Origin: Felis catus
Lineage: Eukaryota
Direction of reading: 5' to 3'
Length of the DNA stretch: 64,000 nt
Assembly (NCBI RefSeq): GCF_018350175.1
Contig: NC_058368.1
Coordinates: 86,120,001 to 86,184,000, forward strand
The notes below the pieces were generated by a model that saw only the letters and a list, made by a program, of their open reading frames with translations, made no database searches and was not told where the DNA came from. The position numbers and the translations under genes are program-made. Positions 39,764 to 52,160 of the stretch are shown in pieces; within the stretch, counting starts at the first letter, position 1; every line of letters starts with the position of its first letter.

Positions 39764-39847
39764 GAATTTGTTACTAAGAGTGGATCTAGAGAAACATCAT
39801 TTTAAGGATGGGTTGGTTCTGATTAGATTTGAAGATACTAGTGACTT

Positions 39848-40045
39848 AAGGCACCTCAGTGGCTCAGTCTTTTAAGCTTCTGCTCTTGATTTTGACTTAG
39901 GTCATGATCTCCCAGTTTATGGGCTTGAGTCCTGTGTCAAGCTATGTGCTGACACTAAAGAGACTGTTTAGGATTCTCTCCCTCTCTCTGTGCCTTCCCC
40001 TGCTCGCTGGCTCTTTCTCCCTCTAAAAATATAAACTTAAAAAAT
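39848..40045 (+). mobile_element. CAN-SINE inside ERVL
   Basis: ggcacctcagtggctcagtc...ggattctctccctctctc...tail. Confidence 0.8.
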
Positions 40046-40489
40046 ATATTAATGACTCTATTTCCAGTAGTAAAGAGAGCACAGATAGTTCATGTTTTTG
40101 ACTGTTTATAGAAATATTCAAAATATCTGCTTTGGATATTCCTAATCAACCACTTATAAGAAACAAGTAATTGCATGACTGCATATGATATTTTTCATTT
40201 TTTTTTTAACTAAAAATGTAATGATGTTGCTTGGTTACTCCTATTGCCATTAGGCAAAGTGATGCAAGAAAAAGATGAGCTCAGGGACTACAATTTTCAG
40301 CTCACGTGTGACATAAATAATCTAAGAACTTCTATGTGTGCCTTGAAGAAGTCCCTTACTTCTTGTAGTTGCATGATTAAAATTGCTTAAAACCAAACAC
40401 AGAACCTCAGCCTAGGAGAATTGAAACTAGGAGAACTAGGAGAATTGAAACATAAGTTAAACTCCCAGTACTGAATGTCATCTACTCTT

Positions 40490-40719
40490 TTTTAAAATTA
40501 AAAAAAATGTTTTTAATGTTTATTTACTTCTGAGAGAGACAGAGAGAGACAGTGCAAGCAGGGGAGGGACAGAGAGAGAGGGAGACACAGAATCTGAAAC
40601 AGGCTCCAGGCTCTGAGCTGCCATCACAGAGCCTGATGCGGGGCTTCAAATCACGAACTGTGAGATCATGACCAGAGGTGGAGTTGGATGCTTAACCAAC
40701 TAAGCCACCCAGGCTCCCC
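40490..40719 (-). mobile_element. CAN-SINE inside ERVL
   Basis: Flanking repeat aatgtcatc(t/c)actctt. Confidence 0.92.
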
Positions 40720-43059
40720 TAAATGTCATCCACTCTTAAAGTGACAACATTGGTGAAGGAGAATGGAATTTTATATGTTGAGGTGGGTATGTGGGGAGAC
40801 CCTGATGAACCTGGGAACATGTGGCCCCTAAGTTCTGATTTTTTTTTTAATCAATGGAAGAAACTTACCTACCTCCATGAAGATTTCCCTCCTCAGTTCT
40901 AGTAGATTTGACCTCCCAGCCCACAGAAGTGTCCTGCATAACCCCAGTAGCAGCGGCATCCTTACCTACACTGGCCTCTGAGTCCACCTCCACCTGATGG
41001 GGGTTAACTCTGTATTACCTAAAATTAATAATGGTTTCCTCTGAGGAAATTGCCTTACAAGATAATGCTGATTCTCACAAGACTTATAGCACCTTTTTGC
41101 TTCTATACTTCTAATTAGACTTGAGTCCCAGCAGAATCCTAAATGTGGTATTAAAGTGTAACCCATGTGGAGGTGTGATACAATCTAAAGGAGTGTAAAT
41201 TAGAAACTTAAGTTTTCTAATTAATACAAGTAATAATGCATGTAATGTGAGTGGGAATGGATATTAAGTGTATGGAATAATTGTAGAAGGGACATAAATT
41301 TGGATCAGGTAAACTTTATTGGTATGAAGTCTGCATTTAATTAATGTTGCAACTCAAGTGGTCAGAAAGCACTTTGTTTGGATGAAACACTGAACAACAA
41401 ATTTAAGTGAACTGGGTATACCAGACATTACTTTCTTTAATGTGAAGGAAGGAATTCGAAGATTTAGGTAGATTAGAAAGTTAGAATGAATTTGTTTTTT
41501 AAGACCAGTCACCCATGCTAGGAGGGTCTAAATGACATACCTCACATCATAACTGTGAGGAATAAATTTATGAGATGAGCCTCATTAAAGACATCCTTGA
41601 AGTGTACTGTGATCACTCATCTTTCTGGGTCAGAATTCACAGTGGTAAATTCAGTCACTTACTTGAAAATTTTAAATGCAGTGGGAAGAATTAGACCCCA
41701 AGATGGTAAGGGTTAAGTGGAGGCACTCAACCTCCAAAGGCACAGGGGGTGGGACTACTGTAATGGACAGCAGAGTCAAAGCAGCATTTTTAGGAGTCTG
41801 ACTCATGCAGACTTATGCTGTTGACTAAACATGGTGGTCTTAGAAGTAAAATAGGATGTCTGCTAAATTTTTGCTTGATTTGTACAAGCAGAAAAGTTCT
41901 AAGTCAGGTAAACAGAAGTCTAACTTAAATCATAAAAAAACATAGTCACAGTCATTCAATCATTTTCTGATTTGAGCCAATTTATAGATCAAAGTCCTTA
42001 AGTAATGGCAATTTGTGTTTCTTTGAGAATGAACTCCACTATATTACTGAAAATTGATACTCAAACTCTCTCACAGACTTTCCCCAAGGGTTCTAAGACT
42101 TTTACCAGAGTAAATGTACATTGCAGTAAGGGGAATAAACAATTTGGGACGACTACACACTATATCTGAACCTACACTAAGTCTAGGAGACCAAAAATGT
42201 CACTGTGTCTCACCAGAGTAGAGACAAAACAGCTTCCACAATAATATAGACCTAGTTCAGGGTCCCACATGAAACGAGCAGACTATTGAATCTGTAAATG
42301 AGAGAAAATAACACACCCAACTGGGGAAAATATTGCCTACCAAATCCAATGCTGCCCAATGAATGGTGTGCCTCATTCTTGGTTGTAGGAAGGTCCAGAT
42401 GCAACAACTTATAATGTACCTTGGAAAGAATATCTCAACATGTCCCAAACCACTGCACCCTTAGAAGTTTCTAGACAAGCCCTGAATTTTAGTCTGAAAT
42501 GTTTCCACCCCCTTTTTTACTGATAAGTATAGAATAGTTGTTACAATTTATCACTAGGTCCAATCAGCATGTCATCAATATTATGGAACAATGTGATATC
42601 TCAACGAAGGGAAAGGTGGTAAATAAACTTTAAATGCTCAAGTAGAACACCAAGTAGGTTGCAATATTCACAGGACCAGGAGAAATTTCTCCTGAAGAAT
42701 GTGTCTGCTCTGAATCAGCATTCAATCAATGGTGCTGATTATCTTAATTCACAAATCTTGAAATCAAAGCAGAGCCAATGGAGTGGCATCATTCACAGTT
42801 ACCTACAGTGAACCATAAACAAAATTTTAATTTTTGTTCCCATGACTTTATGTTCTGTTGGCCTAGCAGACTTTGTTCCAGAGGGAGGAATGTTCCATTG
42901 GGATATACAACAATAATTCCAACCAAACTGGAAGTTGAGAATGCCACCTGGCCACATAGGAATCCTTATGTGTCGGAGCCAACAGGCAGAAAAAAGTTAC
43001 AGTGTTGGTTGGGGTGACTGATCTTCATTACAAGTGTAAATTGGACGGTGACTCAATAA

Positions 43060-46000
43060 ACATGCCTTAATCCACTTTGAAAGTTTGAAGTCATATTTAG
43101 ACTTTTTAAAACGTCACTTGGAAAATTTAGAAATATGTAAAAACTCAACAATACAAAACAATTTAGTAAAAATTATGATAGAAATTAGAAAATATAGATG
43201 AATGAAAGTGAAAAAGAACACAACATAACAAAGTTTACGGAATACAGTGAAGAAAGTGGCCATAGAGAAAACTATAGTTGTAAACAACACAGTTCTAAAA
43301 GAACATCCTTAGTAAATAAAATTAGACGTGAGGAAGTAGAAGATTAAAAAAAAAGAGCAATTTAAATGAAAAGCTGAGAGAAGAAAAGGAAACAATATAG
43401 AATAGAAAAAAATAAATTGGCACTTTATAGTGCCTTTATGAGGTCAAAAAAATTTAGAAGCATTTGACTAGACTGGAAAGAAAAATAGAAGAAAAGAGAA
43501 TACAAACAAAGCATAAATGAAAGGGGACAGTACTAGGATCTGTGAATAAATCCGAGTTACAATGAGAATATTATGGACAATTGCTTACCAAAAATTGCAT
43601 AATCAAGACATATAGAACAAATCTCTAGAAACACAAAAATTATCAAAACTGACTCAAAATAATCTACCATATCACAACAGACCTATAAAAAGTAACAAAA
43701 TTGAATAAGTAAACGTAAGTCTTTCAAAATAATTTTCAGGGCAATATGACTTTAGTGGTGAATTATATAAAAATTTAAAGATTTAAAAACCATGCTTCAC
43801 AGCACTTCCAAGGAATAGAAGAGTCCAGAACTCTCCATAAATCATTTTATGAGGCAAGCATTACCCTGATACCAAAGCCTGATTGATAGAAAGAAAGAAA
43901 GAAAGAAAGAAAGAAAAAAAAAGATACAGACTAATATCCTTACGAGTATTTAACAAAATGCAACCAAACTGAATCTAAAAGCATCTTAAACAGCATATGA
44001 AAAGATTCATGCACTATAAACAAGTGGAATTTTCCCGGGAATACAAGAGTGTTTCAATATAAGAAAATCAAATAATGTAATTGGCCATACTAGTGAATTA
44101 AAGGTAGAAGCCTACATGATAATCTCAAGTGACACAGAAAAGACATTTAAAAAAAATCTATCACTCTTTCTTATTAAAAGCAATAAATATACGAATATAA
44201 GGAAATTACCTCAACATAAGAAAGGGAAGGTTTTCAAAATCCACAAGCTTGCACTATATGAAAAGGGAAAAACTGAAAGCTTTCTTCCTCAAGTCAGGAA
44301 CAAGAACAATTTGCCAGTTTTACCACGTCTATTCAACACATTGTACTGAAATTTCTATCCAGAGCAGCTGGAAAAGAAAATACATAAAAGATATTCATAT
44401 TGGAAAATAAAAATTGAAACAAAATCTATTCACAGATCACATCATCCTCTATGTTGAAATCAAACAACCCACAAGAAAGTTAATAGAAATAATGAATCAA
44501 TTTATCAAATTCATAGGGTAGAAAATCAACATACAAAAATTAGTTATATATTTATAGACCTGAAAAAAAAATCAGAAAAAATATATTAAAAAGTCAGTTC
44601 TGTTTACAATAGTGTCTAGAAAAAATTAAGCAAGGAGAAATGAATTAAACAAGGATGTAAAAAATTGCACACTAAAAACTACAGACCATTTATGAAAGAA
44701 ATTAAAGACTTCAAATGGAAAGAAATCACGAATTCATAAAAATGCAAATTTAGTATGAGTGAGATACCAATATTACTTAAATGATCAGCAGACTTAATGC
44801 AATCACTATCAAAATTCCAAGCTCACTTCTTACAGTAGGGAAGCTGGTATCCAAATTTTTATGGATCACAAGAGGCCATGGATAGCAACAACAAAAAAAA
44901 TCTTGAAATTGAAGAACAAAGTTAGAGGGATCATAATTTCTCATTTCAAAACTTACTGCAAAGCTACAGTAATCAAAAAGGTGTGGTTATTGAATAAATA
45001 TCTATCTATCTGTCTAACTTCTATCTATCTTTCATCTCTTTATCATGTATATCATATCTGTATCAATGAAATAGAATTGAGAGTCTATAAGTAAACCTAC
45101 ACCTTTATTGCAAATTGAATTTTCACAAAAGCTCAAAGTCCATTCTATGTGTAAATGTTGTCCCTTTAACAAGTGTTTCTGGAATAACTGCATTTCCACA
45201 TGCAAAAGAATGAAGTTGGATCTCTGCTTCATATATATAGAAAACTAACTCAAAATACATCAGTGAAATAAAGATTAATAAAAAAGTATAGAATAAATAA
45301 CATGGGCAAGTCATGACCTTGTACTCTTAAACAGGACACCAAAAGCACAAACACCAAAGGGGGAAACAAAACACATAAATTGAACTTCACTGACTTCTTT
45401 AATTAACTTTTTTAGAGATTTTATTTTTAAGGAATCTGTACACCCAATGTGGGGCTCAAACATATAACTGCACGATCAAGCTGCCTGCTCCACAGACTAA
45501 GCCAGCAAGGTGCTCAGAACTTCATTGACATTTAAAACTACTTTGTATCAAAGGACATTACCAAGAGAGATAAAAGACAAATTACCGAATGGGAGAAAAT
45601 ATTTGCAAAATATATATCAAATAAGGGTTTTATCTCAAGAGCACATAAAGAACTTTACAAATTCAACAACAAAACAAACAACCCTAATTTGAAAATAGAA
45701 AAAAAATACATATTTTTCTAAAGAAGATATAAAATGGCAAAGAAGTACATGAAAAGAAGCTCAACACTATTAGTCATTAGGGAAATGAAAACCAAAACCA
45801 CAATGAGATACCACTTCACAACTTTTAGGAGGGCTATATTATTTTTAAAAGTGAAAATAGCAAGTGTTGGGGAGAATATGGAGAAATTACAACCCTTGGA
45901 CATGGCTGGTGGGAATTTCAAATGCTGCAGCCATTGTGGAAAACTTTTGGCAGTTCCTCAAAAAAACTATAAATATAATTACCATATAATCAAGCAATTC

Positions 46001-46520
46001 CATTCCTAGTAACATACTTCCAAATAATGAAAAACAAGGAGTTGAAGAGTTTCTTTATGCCAATGTTCATCGTGGCATTATGTATAGCAGCCAAAATATA
46101 GAAACGACACAAATGTTCATCATTACATGAATGGGCAAATTAACTATATTACATAAAATAGTGAAATATTATTCATTATTCATAGCAAGGGATGATATTG
46201 TGATATATAGTCCAACATGAATGAGCCTTGAAAACATTATACCAAGTAAAATAAGCCTGACACAAAAAGGGAAATATTGCATGATCAACTGATATTAAAC
46301 AGTTAGACTAATCAGATTTTATAGAAACAGACATAGAGTTAAAGGGAGTTGGAGGTTTGAGACAGTGGGAAGTTACTGATTAATATAGATATTCTGTGCA
46401 GGGTGATAAAAATATTTCAGAAATAGTGGTGATATTTGCACAACAGTGGAATGTACTACTGCCAAAGATTATACACTTAATAATAATTAAAAAGTCAGAT
46501 GGTATCTTATATTTATCTAT
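43060..46520 (+). mobile_element. Ancient LINE-1 (L1M-type) ORF2 and 3'UTR
   Basis: Degenerate ORF2 peptides (AKKYMKRSSTLLVIREMKTKTTMRYHFT); L1MB-like 3' end near 46450-46520. Confidence 0.85.
45405..45515 (-). mobile_element. Short old carnivore tRNA-derived SINE
   Basis: tctgtacacccaatgtggggctcaaac...gatcaag...gactaagccagcaaggtgc. Confidence 0.7.
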
Positions 46521-46700
46521 CATCTATCTATCTTCCTATCTATCCTACATATATTCTTATATATTTATATAATTTACATATGGTGTGTATATATATATAT
46601 ATATATATATTTACAATATTTAAAATAATAAGGTATTTTTCTCTATAATGATTGCATTGCAGTTAGAAATAACCCCAGGCTATTGATTTAAAGTCTTTTA

Positions 46701-46898
46701 GGGGCGCCTGGGTGGCTCGGTTAAATATCCGACTTGGGCTCAGGTCATGATCTCGCCGTTTGTGAGTTCGAGCCCGCATCGGACTCTGTGCTGACAGCTC
46801 GGAGCCTGGAGCCTGCTTAGGATTCTGTCTCCCTCTCTCTCTGCTCATACTCTGTCTCTCTCTGTCTCTCAGAAATAAATAAATGGTAAAAAAAAAAA
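46701..46898 (+). mobile_element. CAN-SINE
   Basis: TSD taaagtctttta on both sides. Confidence 0.93.
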
Positions 46899-47173
46899 TA
46901 AAGTCTTTTAAAGTTTTACCTTTATTTCCCCTTTTATTAATCCTGTATTCTACTATTTTAGGTTGAAAATATAGGTATATATGTACACACACACGCACAC
47001 ACAAAACTTCATGATGCTTTCAAACAGTGGAAGGAAACTCTCTAAAAACCTGAATGTCAAATTGGATTAATAGAGTATCCTCTTGTGAGCCAAAAGAGAA
47101 GCTCAACCACACCATGGATGAGTTCTACTAATAATTCATTTTTGTCTGTTTTTCTTTTTCTTTTTCCTTTTAG

Positions 47174-47194
47174 GTTCACTCAAGAAGAAGCATG
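47174..47194 (+). pseudogene. 21-nt heptad micro-exon, (G)SLKKKH
   Basis: Long polypyrimidine tract ending ttttag|, then GTTCACTCAAGAAGAAGCATG, then |gtgagt. Phase 1-1, in an island of non-repeat DNA. Confidence 0.75.
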
Positions 47195-47527
47195 GTGAGT
47201 TGGTTTACTTCTAACTCAGAGCAGTTCAAGCATTTGTTTACAGGACAGGGTCACAAATTCAAGTTGTGCCTGACCAACATGAATCCAAAGAAAAGATTGC
47301 AGGAATTGTGTATGCAAGGCAAGTTGCCATAGGACTAATCTTATCCATGTTAAAAAAGAGAGCCCAGGATGAGAACTTAAGTAAGGGCTATTTAACTGTT
47401 TAATATATATGAACATTGTTCTAACAACATCCCTAAGGAGGAGCTGTGATTTGTCAGTTTCAGAGAACTAGGGCAGAAACAATGTACTATTATGTTCATT
47501 AAGTTATTTCCACGGACCAGCTAAAGT

Positions 47528-47710
47528 AAATGTTCTCAAAACCAAGAATCGATCAGAATGCCATGGAGAACACATAATACTGGGACACATCCCTTAATTT
47601 TTGATTCAATATTTCTGCGTTAGGCTCAAGTATTGTCATTTCTAACAAGGTCCCATATGAGAAATGCCAATGCTGTGCAGCCAGGAGCCACACCATGAAG
47701 AATGTGGCTG
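47528..47710 (+). mobile_element. MER5A-like hAT-Charlie MITE relic
   Basis: gttctcaaa...atcagaat...catttctaacaaggtccca...ccacac...gaagaatgtggctg. Confidence 0.7.
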
Positions 47711-47999
47711 TATCAAAATTTACTTGATAATTTACAAAACTATTAAGAACCATTAACATTAGAATTTAAATTTTATTTATAATTACCTGATGGACTAAAA
47801 CAATACAAAGTATTAATGCACAAGAAACAGATCAAATCCAGGAAAAAGACATGGAGCTTCCCAGGCAACATGGAAATTGATGCCATTTAACCTTTGGTAT
47901 TACAATTTGAGAATAAGTGGTAAGATATCTAGGAGTAAACCAAGCCTTGTTTCTAAGGTAAGTAGCATTCTTCTGCTTTGGTTAAGAAATCATAATATC

Positions 48000-48234
48000 G
48001 AGGTTCCTGAGTGGCTCAGTTGTTTAAGCATCCGACTTCGGCTTAGGTCATGATATCATGGTTCATGAGTCGACTTTGACTCAGGTTATGATCTCATGGT
48101 TCACGACTTCCAGCCCCAAGTCGAGCTCTGTGCTGATAGCTTGAAGCCTGCAACCTGCTTCGGATTCTGTGTCTCCTTCTCTATTTGCGCCTCCTCTCTC
48201 TCTCTCTCAAAAATAAATAAACATTAAAAAATTA
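48000..48234 (+). mobile_element. CAN-SINE with internal tandem duplication
   Basis: TSD aagaaatca(t/c)aatatc; two copies of the cgactt...aggt..tgat.tcatggttca unit. Confidence 0.9.
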
Positions 48235-51197
48235 AAGAAATCACAATATCAATGAAAAAAGTTATTAAGTACTGAAAAGTGTTGCATCATTAAGAAAGAC
48301 CAGAGCACTTTTGAAAACTGAAATTACACTCTCTTTGTCACTTTGGACTGGGACAAATGCATGTACTTGTATTTAGTTACAATGAGTGCAATACTGTAAG
48401 ATGTAGATATTGAACATTATTCCTAGTCCTATTCCCAGGACACAGTCTAGCTGAATGAGTCTAGGCCCTTGGGGAGACAGGCCCCTGGAGCTGAAAAGAT
48501 AATGTGAATCTGGGGTAGTCAGAGATTGAAGACAAGTAGTACCTATTCCTATTGCAGGAATTTTGAATTGTGAGTTCTGGGCTTAATCATATACACAGGC
48601 ATCTTGGGAAGTAGGATATTTTAGACACAGTAGAAGTTTAAGTGCCATCTCTGGAGACAGCTTTCCATATAGAAAGAAAATACTGTTTTGTGTTTTTTTT
48701 TTGTAATGTATTTTTTAAATTGAATTTAGCCTAGATTATTGAATTTTTTCAGGTGTACACCGTATTTATTTGACATTTCTATGCTTTGCTCAATATTCAC
48801 CACAATAAGTATAGTCACCGTCTGTCACCATACACTATTATACCATTACTGACTATATTCTTTAGGTTGAAGGTTTCATTTTTGTGACTTATTTATTTTA
48901 TAAGTAGATGTTTGCATTCTTAATCCTTTTTATTGTGCCCTTGTCACACCCACCACCTGTGTGGCAACAATTTATTGTTTGTGTTTAACAGTTTGCCTTT
49001 TCCTTGTTTCCTTGTTTCCTTGTTTTTTGTTTTGTTTTGTTTTTGTTTTTTGTTTTGAATTTTTGGATTCCACATAGAGTGAAATTATATGGTACATGTC
49101 TGTCTGACTTATTTCACTTATCATAATACCCTCTTGAACAATGCATGTTTTGGAAAATGGCATGATCTCATTATTTTTTTTAAAGCTAAGTAACATCATA
49201 TATGTTGTCACCACACCAGGTCCCTAAAGTTTGGATTTTAAAACTCAGCTGGCTTGGCCAGGATAGAAACAAAGCACAATGTGCTTCTCCAGTCAGGCAG
49301 GAAAACCAGAAACAGACAGTGTAAAAACAGCAGCCTCGAAAAAACTATCACACAAAAGGGGAAATTATCTGCTTTTCTGGGAGAGCTTCCCTGACTGCAG
49401 ACAGCAGAAACTACCCATTCTGGGGACAATGGAGCTGGAGTGATAATTTTCCTCCTCTGTCCTGCAGCATAAACTAACTTCATTAACTTCATTAAACAGC
49501 ACAGTGACAGCATTGGCTGTTTCAGTTGTTTACACCCAGCCCCACTGTCCGGCATTCTACTGCTACTACTTTTCTCTGGCAAGTGTGTCAAAGGACTAGC
49601 AAAGCAGGTCCCCTCCAGAGGACCAGCAGAATCCTTCTTATGCACCACCTCTACCAATCATAGAGTTCTGCAAAGATTCATGTATAAGGGGAAGTATAAG
49701 GGCAATAGACTCACATCCTCATTAACAAGTAGATTAGAGGACACCTATTTAAAATTTGACAACTTGTGGCCAAGGTCCATACATTCCCCACAGCTGGCAG
49801 GAGAAACTCAAGAGGACTAACTTGAGGAATAGAGCATGCATAACAGCAGCAGAGTGCCACACCACAGATACATTTTGAAGCATGGGTCTCTGGACATGAT
49901 TTGACCTGCTCTTCATAAAGCCATTACTCTCAGGAGCACAAAACATAACAGACGTACCTAACACAAAAGAAAAGAGACTTAGACAAAATGTCAAGACAGA
50001 CCAACTCATTCCCCCAAAAAAGTACAGCAAAATGTCACAGCCAGTGATCCACTTGAAACAGATATAGGTAATATACATGATTCGCAATTTGAAGCAACAA
50101 TTATAAGAATACTACCTATGCTTAAGAAAAGCATAGAAGACACCAGGGAGCCTATTACCCCAAATAGAAAAGATCTTAAAACCAATCATGCTGAAATGAA
50201 ACATGCAATAATGGAGATTCAAAACTGACTGGATTCAATGACTACAAGAATGAAAGAAGCAGAGGAAGGAAGAGGTGACAAGGGGATAGATTTATGGAAA
50301 ATAAAGAAGCTGATCAAAAGAGAGAAGGAAAATTTTGAACCATGAAAGTAGACATATGCAATCAGTGATGTCATTAAATGCAATGACATTCTTACAATAG
50401 CAGTCCCAGAAGAAGAGAGAGAAAAGGTGGCAGATGGTTTATCTGAGACAATTATAGTTGAAGACTCCCAATCTGGGGAAGGAAATAGACTTCCAAATTC
50501 AGGACGCACATATAACTTCCATCAAAACGAACAAAAGCAGGTAAAAATCAAGACATATTGTGTCTAAATTTGCAAATATAAATATAAAGAAAAAATCTTA
50601 AAAGCAACAAGAAAAAAGAAGTCACTAACTCATAAAGGTAGACCAATAAGGTTAGCAGCAGTTTTCTCCACAGACACTTGGCAGGCCAGAAAAGGGTTCC
50701 ATGATATATTCAATGTGCTGAATGGGAAAAATCTGCAATCAGTAGTAAGGTATCCAGCAAGGCTATCATTCAGAACAGGAGAGATAAAGAGTTTCACAGA
50801 GAAACAAAAACAAATAGAGTACTCTCAACCAGTCCTGCAAGAATTACGAAAGGGAACTCTTTTAATGGGAAGAAGACTAGAAAGACACAGAGAGTATCTC
50901 TCAAAATAATTACAAAACAATCACTACAACAGCACTAAGACCATTGATTATGATATATCAATAATTATTCTGAAAAAAAATACACCGTAAATTGAATAAA
51001 TGATCTAATCAAAAAACAGTGTGTCAAAATGGATATGTAAGAGAAAAAGACACACTTATGCTGACTACAACAGACTCATTTTAGACCTCAAGACACAAGC
51101 AAACTGAAAGTGAGGGGATGCAGAAACATTTACAATGCAAATAGATGTCAAAAGAAAGCTTTACTGGCAATATTTATAACAGACATACTACATTTAA

Positions 51198-51423
51198 AAA
51201 ATTTTTTTAACATTTATTTATTTTTTGAGAGAGAGACAGACAGACAGAGCATGAGCGGGGGAGGGGCAGAGAGAGACAGAGACAGAGACAGAGAATCCAA
51301 AGCAGGCTCCAGGCTCTGAGCTGTCAGCGCAGAGCCTGATGCGGAGCTGGAACTCACAAACCATGAGATCGTGACCTGAGCTGAAGTTGGATGCCCAACC
51401 GACTGAGCCACCCAGGCACCCCC
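51198..51423 (-). mobile_element. CAN-SINE inside L1 'F'
   Basis: TSD agacatactacattt. Confidence 0.95.
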
Positions 51424-51944
51424 AGACATACTACATTTTAAACTGAAAACTATAATATGAGATAAAGAAGAACGTTGTATCATAATGAAGGAGGCTATCC
51501 AACAAGAAAATCTAACAATTGTAAATATTTATGCACCCAAAAGGAAAGCACTGCAATTTATAAAACAATTAATAACAAACATAAAGGAACTAATTGGTAA
51601 TAATAAAATAATAGGAGAGGAATTTAACATTCACTTGCAGCAATGGAAAGATAATATGAGCAGAACATCAACAAGGAAACAATAGCTTTGAGTGACACCC
51701 TGAGCCAAATGGGCTTAACAGATATAGTCAAAACATTTCTTCCTAAACTATCAGATTACCATGTTTTTCAAGTGCACATGGGATATTTTCCAGAATAGAT
51801 CACCTACTTTGTCACAAATCATGCCTCAACAAGTACAAAAAACTTTCAGATCATAACATATATGTTTTCTGACCCCAATGTCATGAAATTTGAAATCGAC
51901 CACAAGAAAAAAAAATGGAAACATCAAAAATACATGGAGGTTAT

Positions 51945-52160
51945 GGGGCGCCTGGGTGGCGCAGTCGGTTAAGCGTCCGACTTCAGCCAGGTCACGATCT
52001 CGCGGTCCGTGAGTTCGAGCCCGCGTCGGGCTCTGGGCTGATGGCTCAGAGCCTGGAGCCTGTTTCCGATTCTGTGTCTCCCTCTCTCTTTGCCCCTCCC
52101 CTGTTCATGCTCTGTCTCTCTCTGTCGCAAAAATAAATAAACGTTGAAAAAAAATTAAAA
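51945..52160 (+). mobile_element. Young CAN-SINE inside L1 'F'
   Basis: CpG-rich; TSD aaaaatacatggaggtta. Confidence 0.95.

Larger units (their letters stand above)
39764..43060 (+). mobile_element. ERVL internal remnant (gag, protease start, inverted RT piece, integrase C-terminus/dUTPase); 3' LTR absent
   Basis: Leader gaatttgttactaagagtggatctagagaaac follows the LTR. dUTPase-like ccagagggaggaatg...aactggaagttgagaatgccacctggccac at 42878-42955. Confidence 0.85.
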
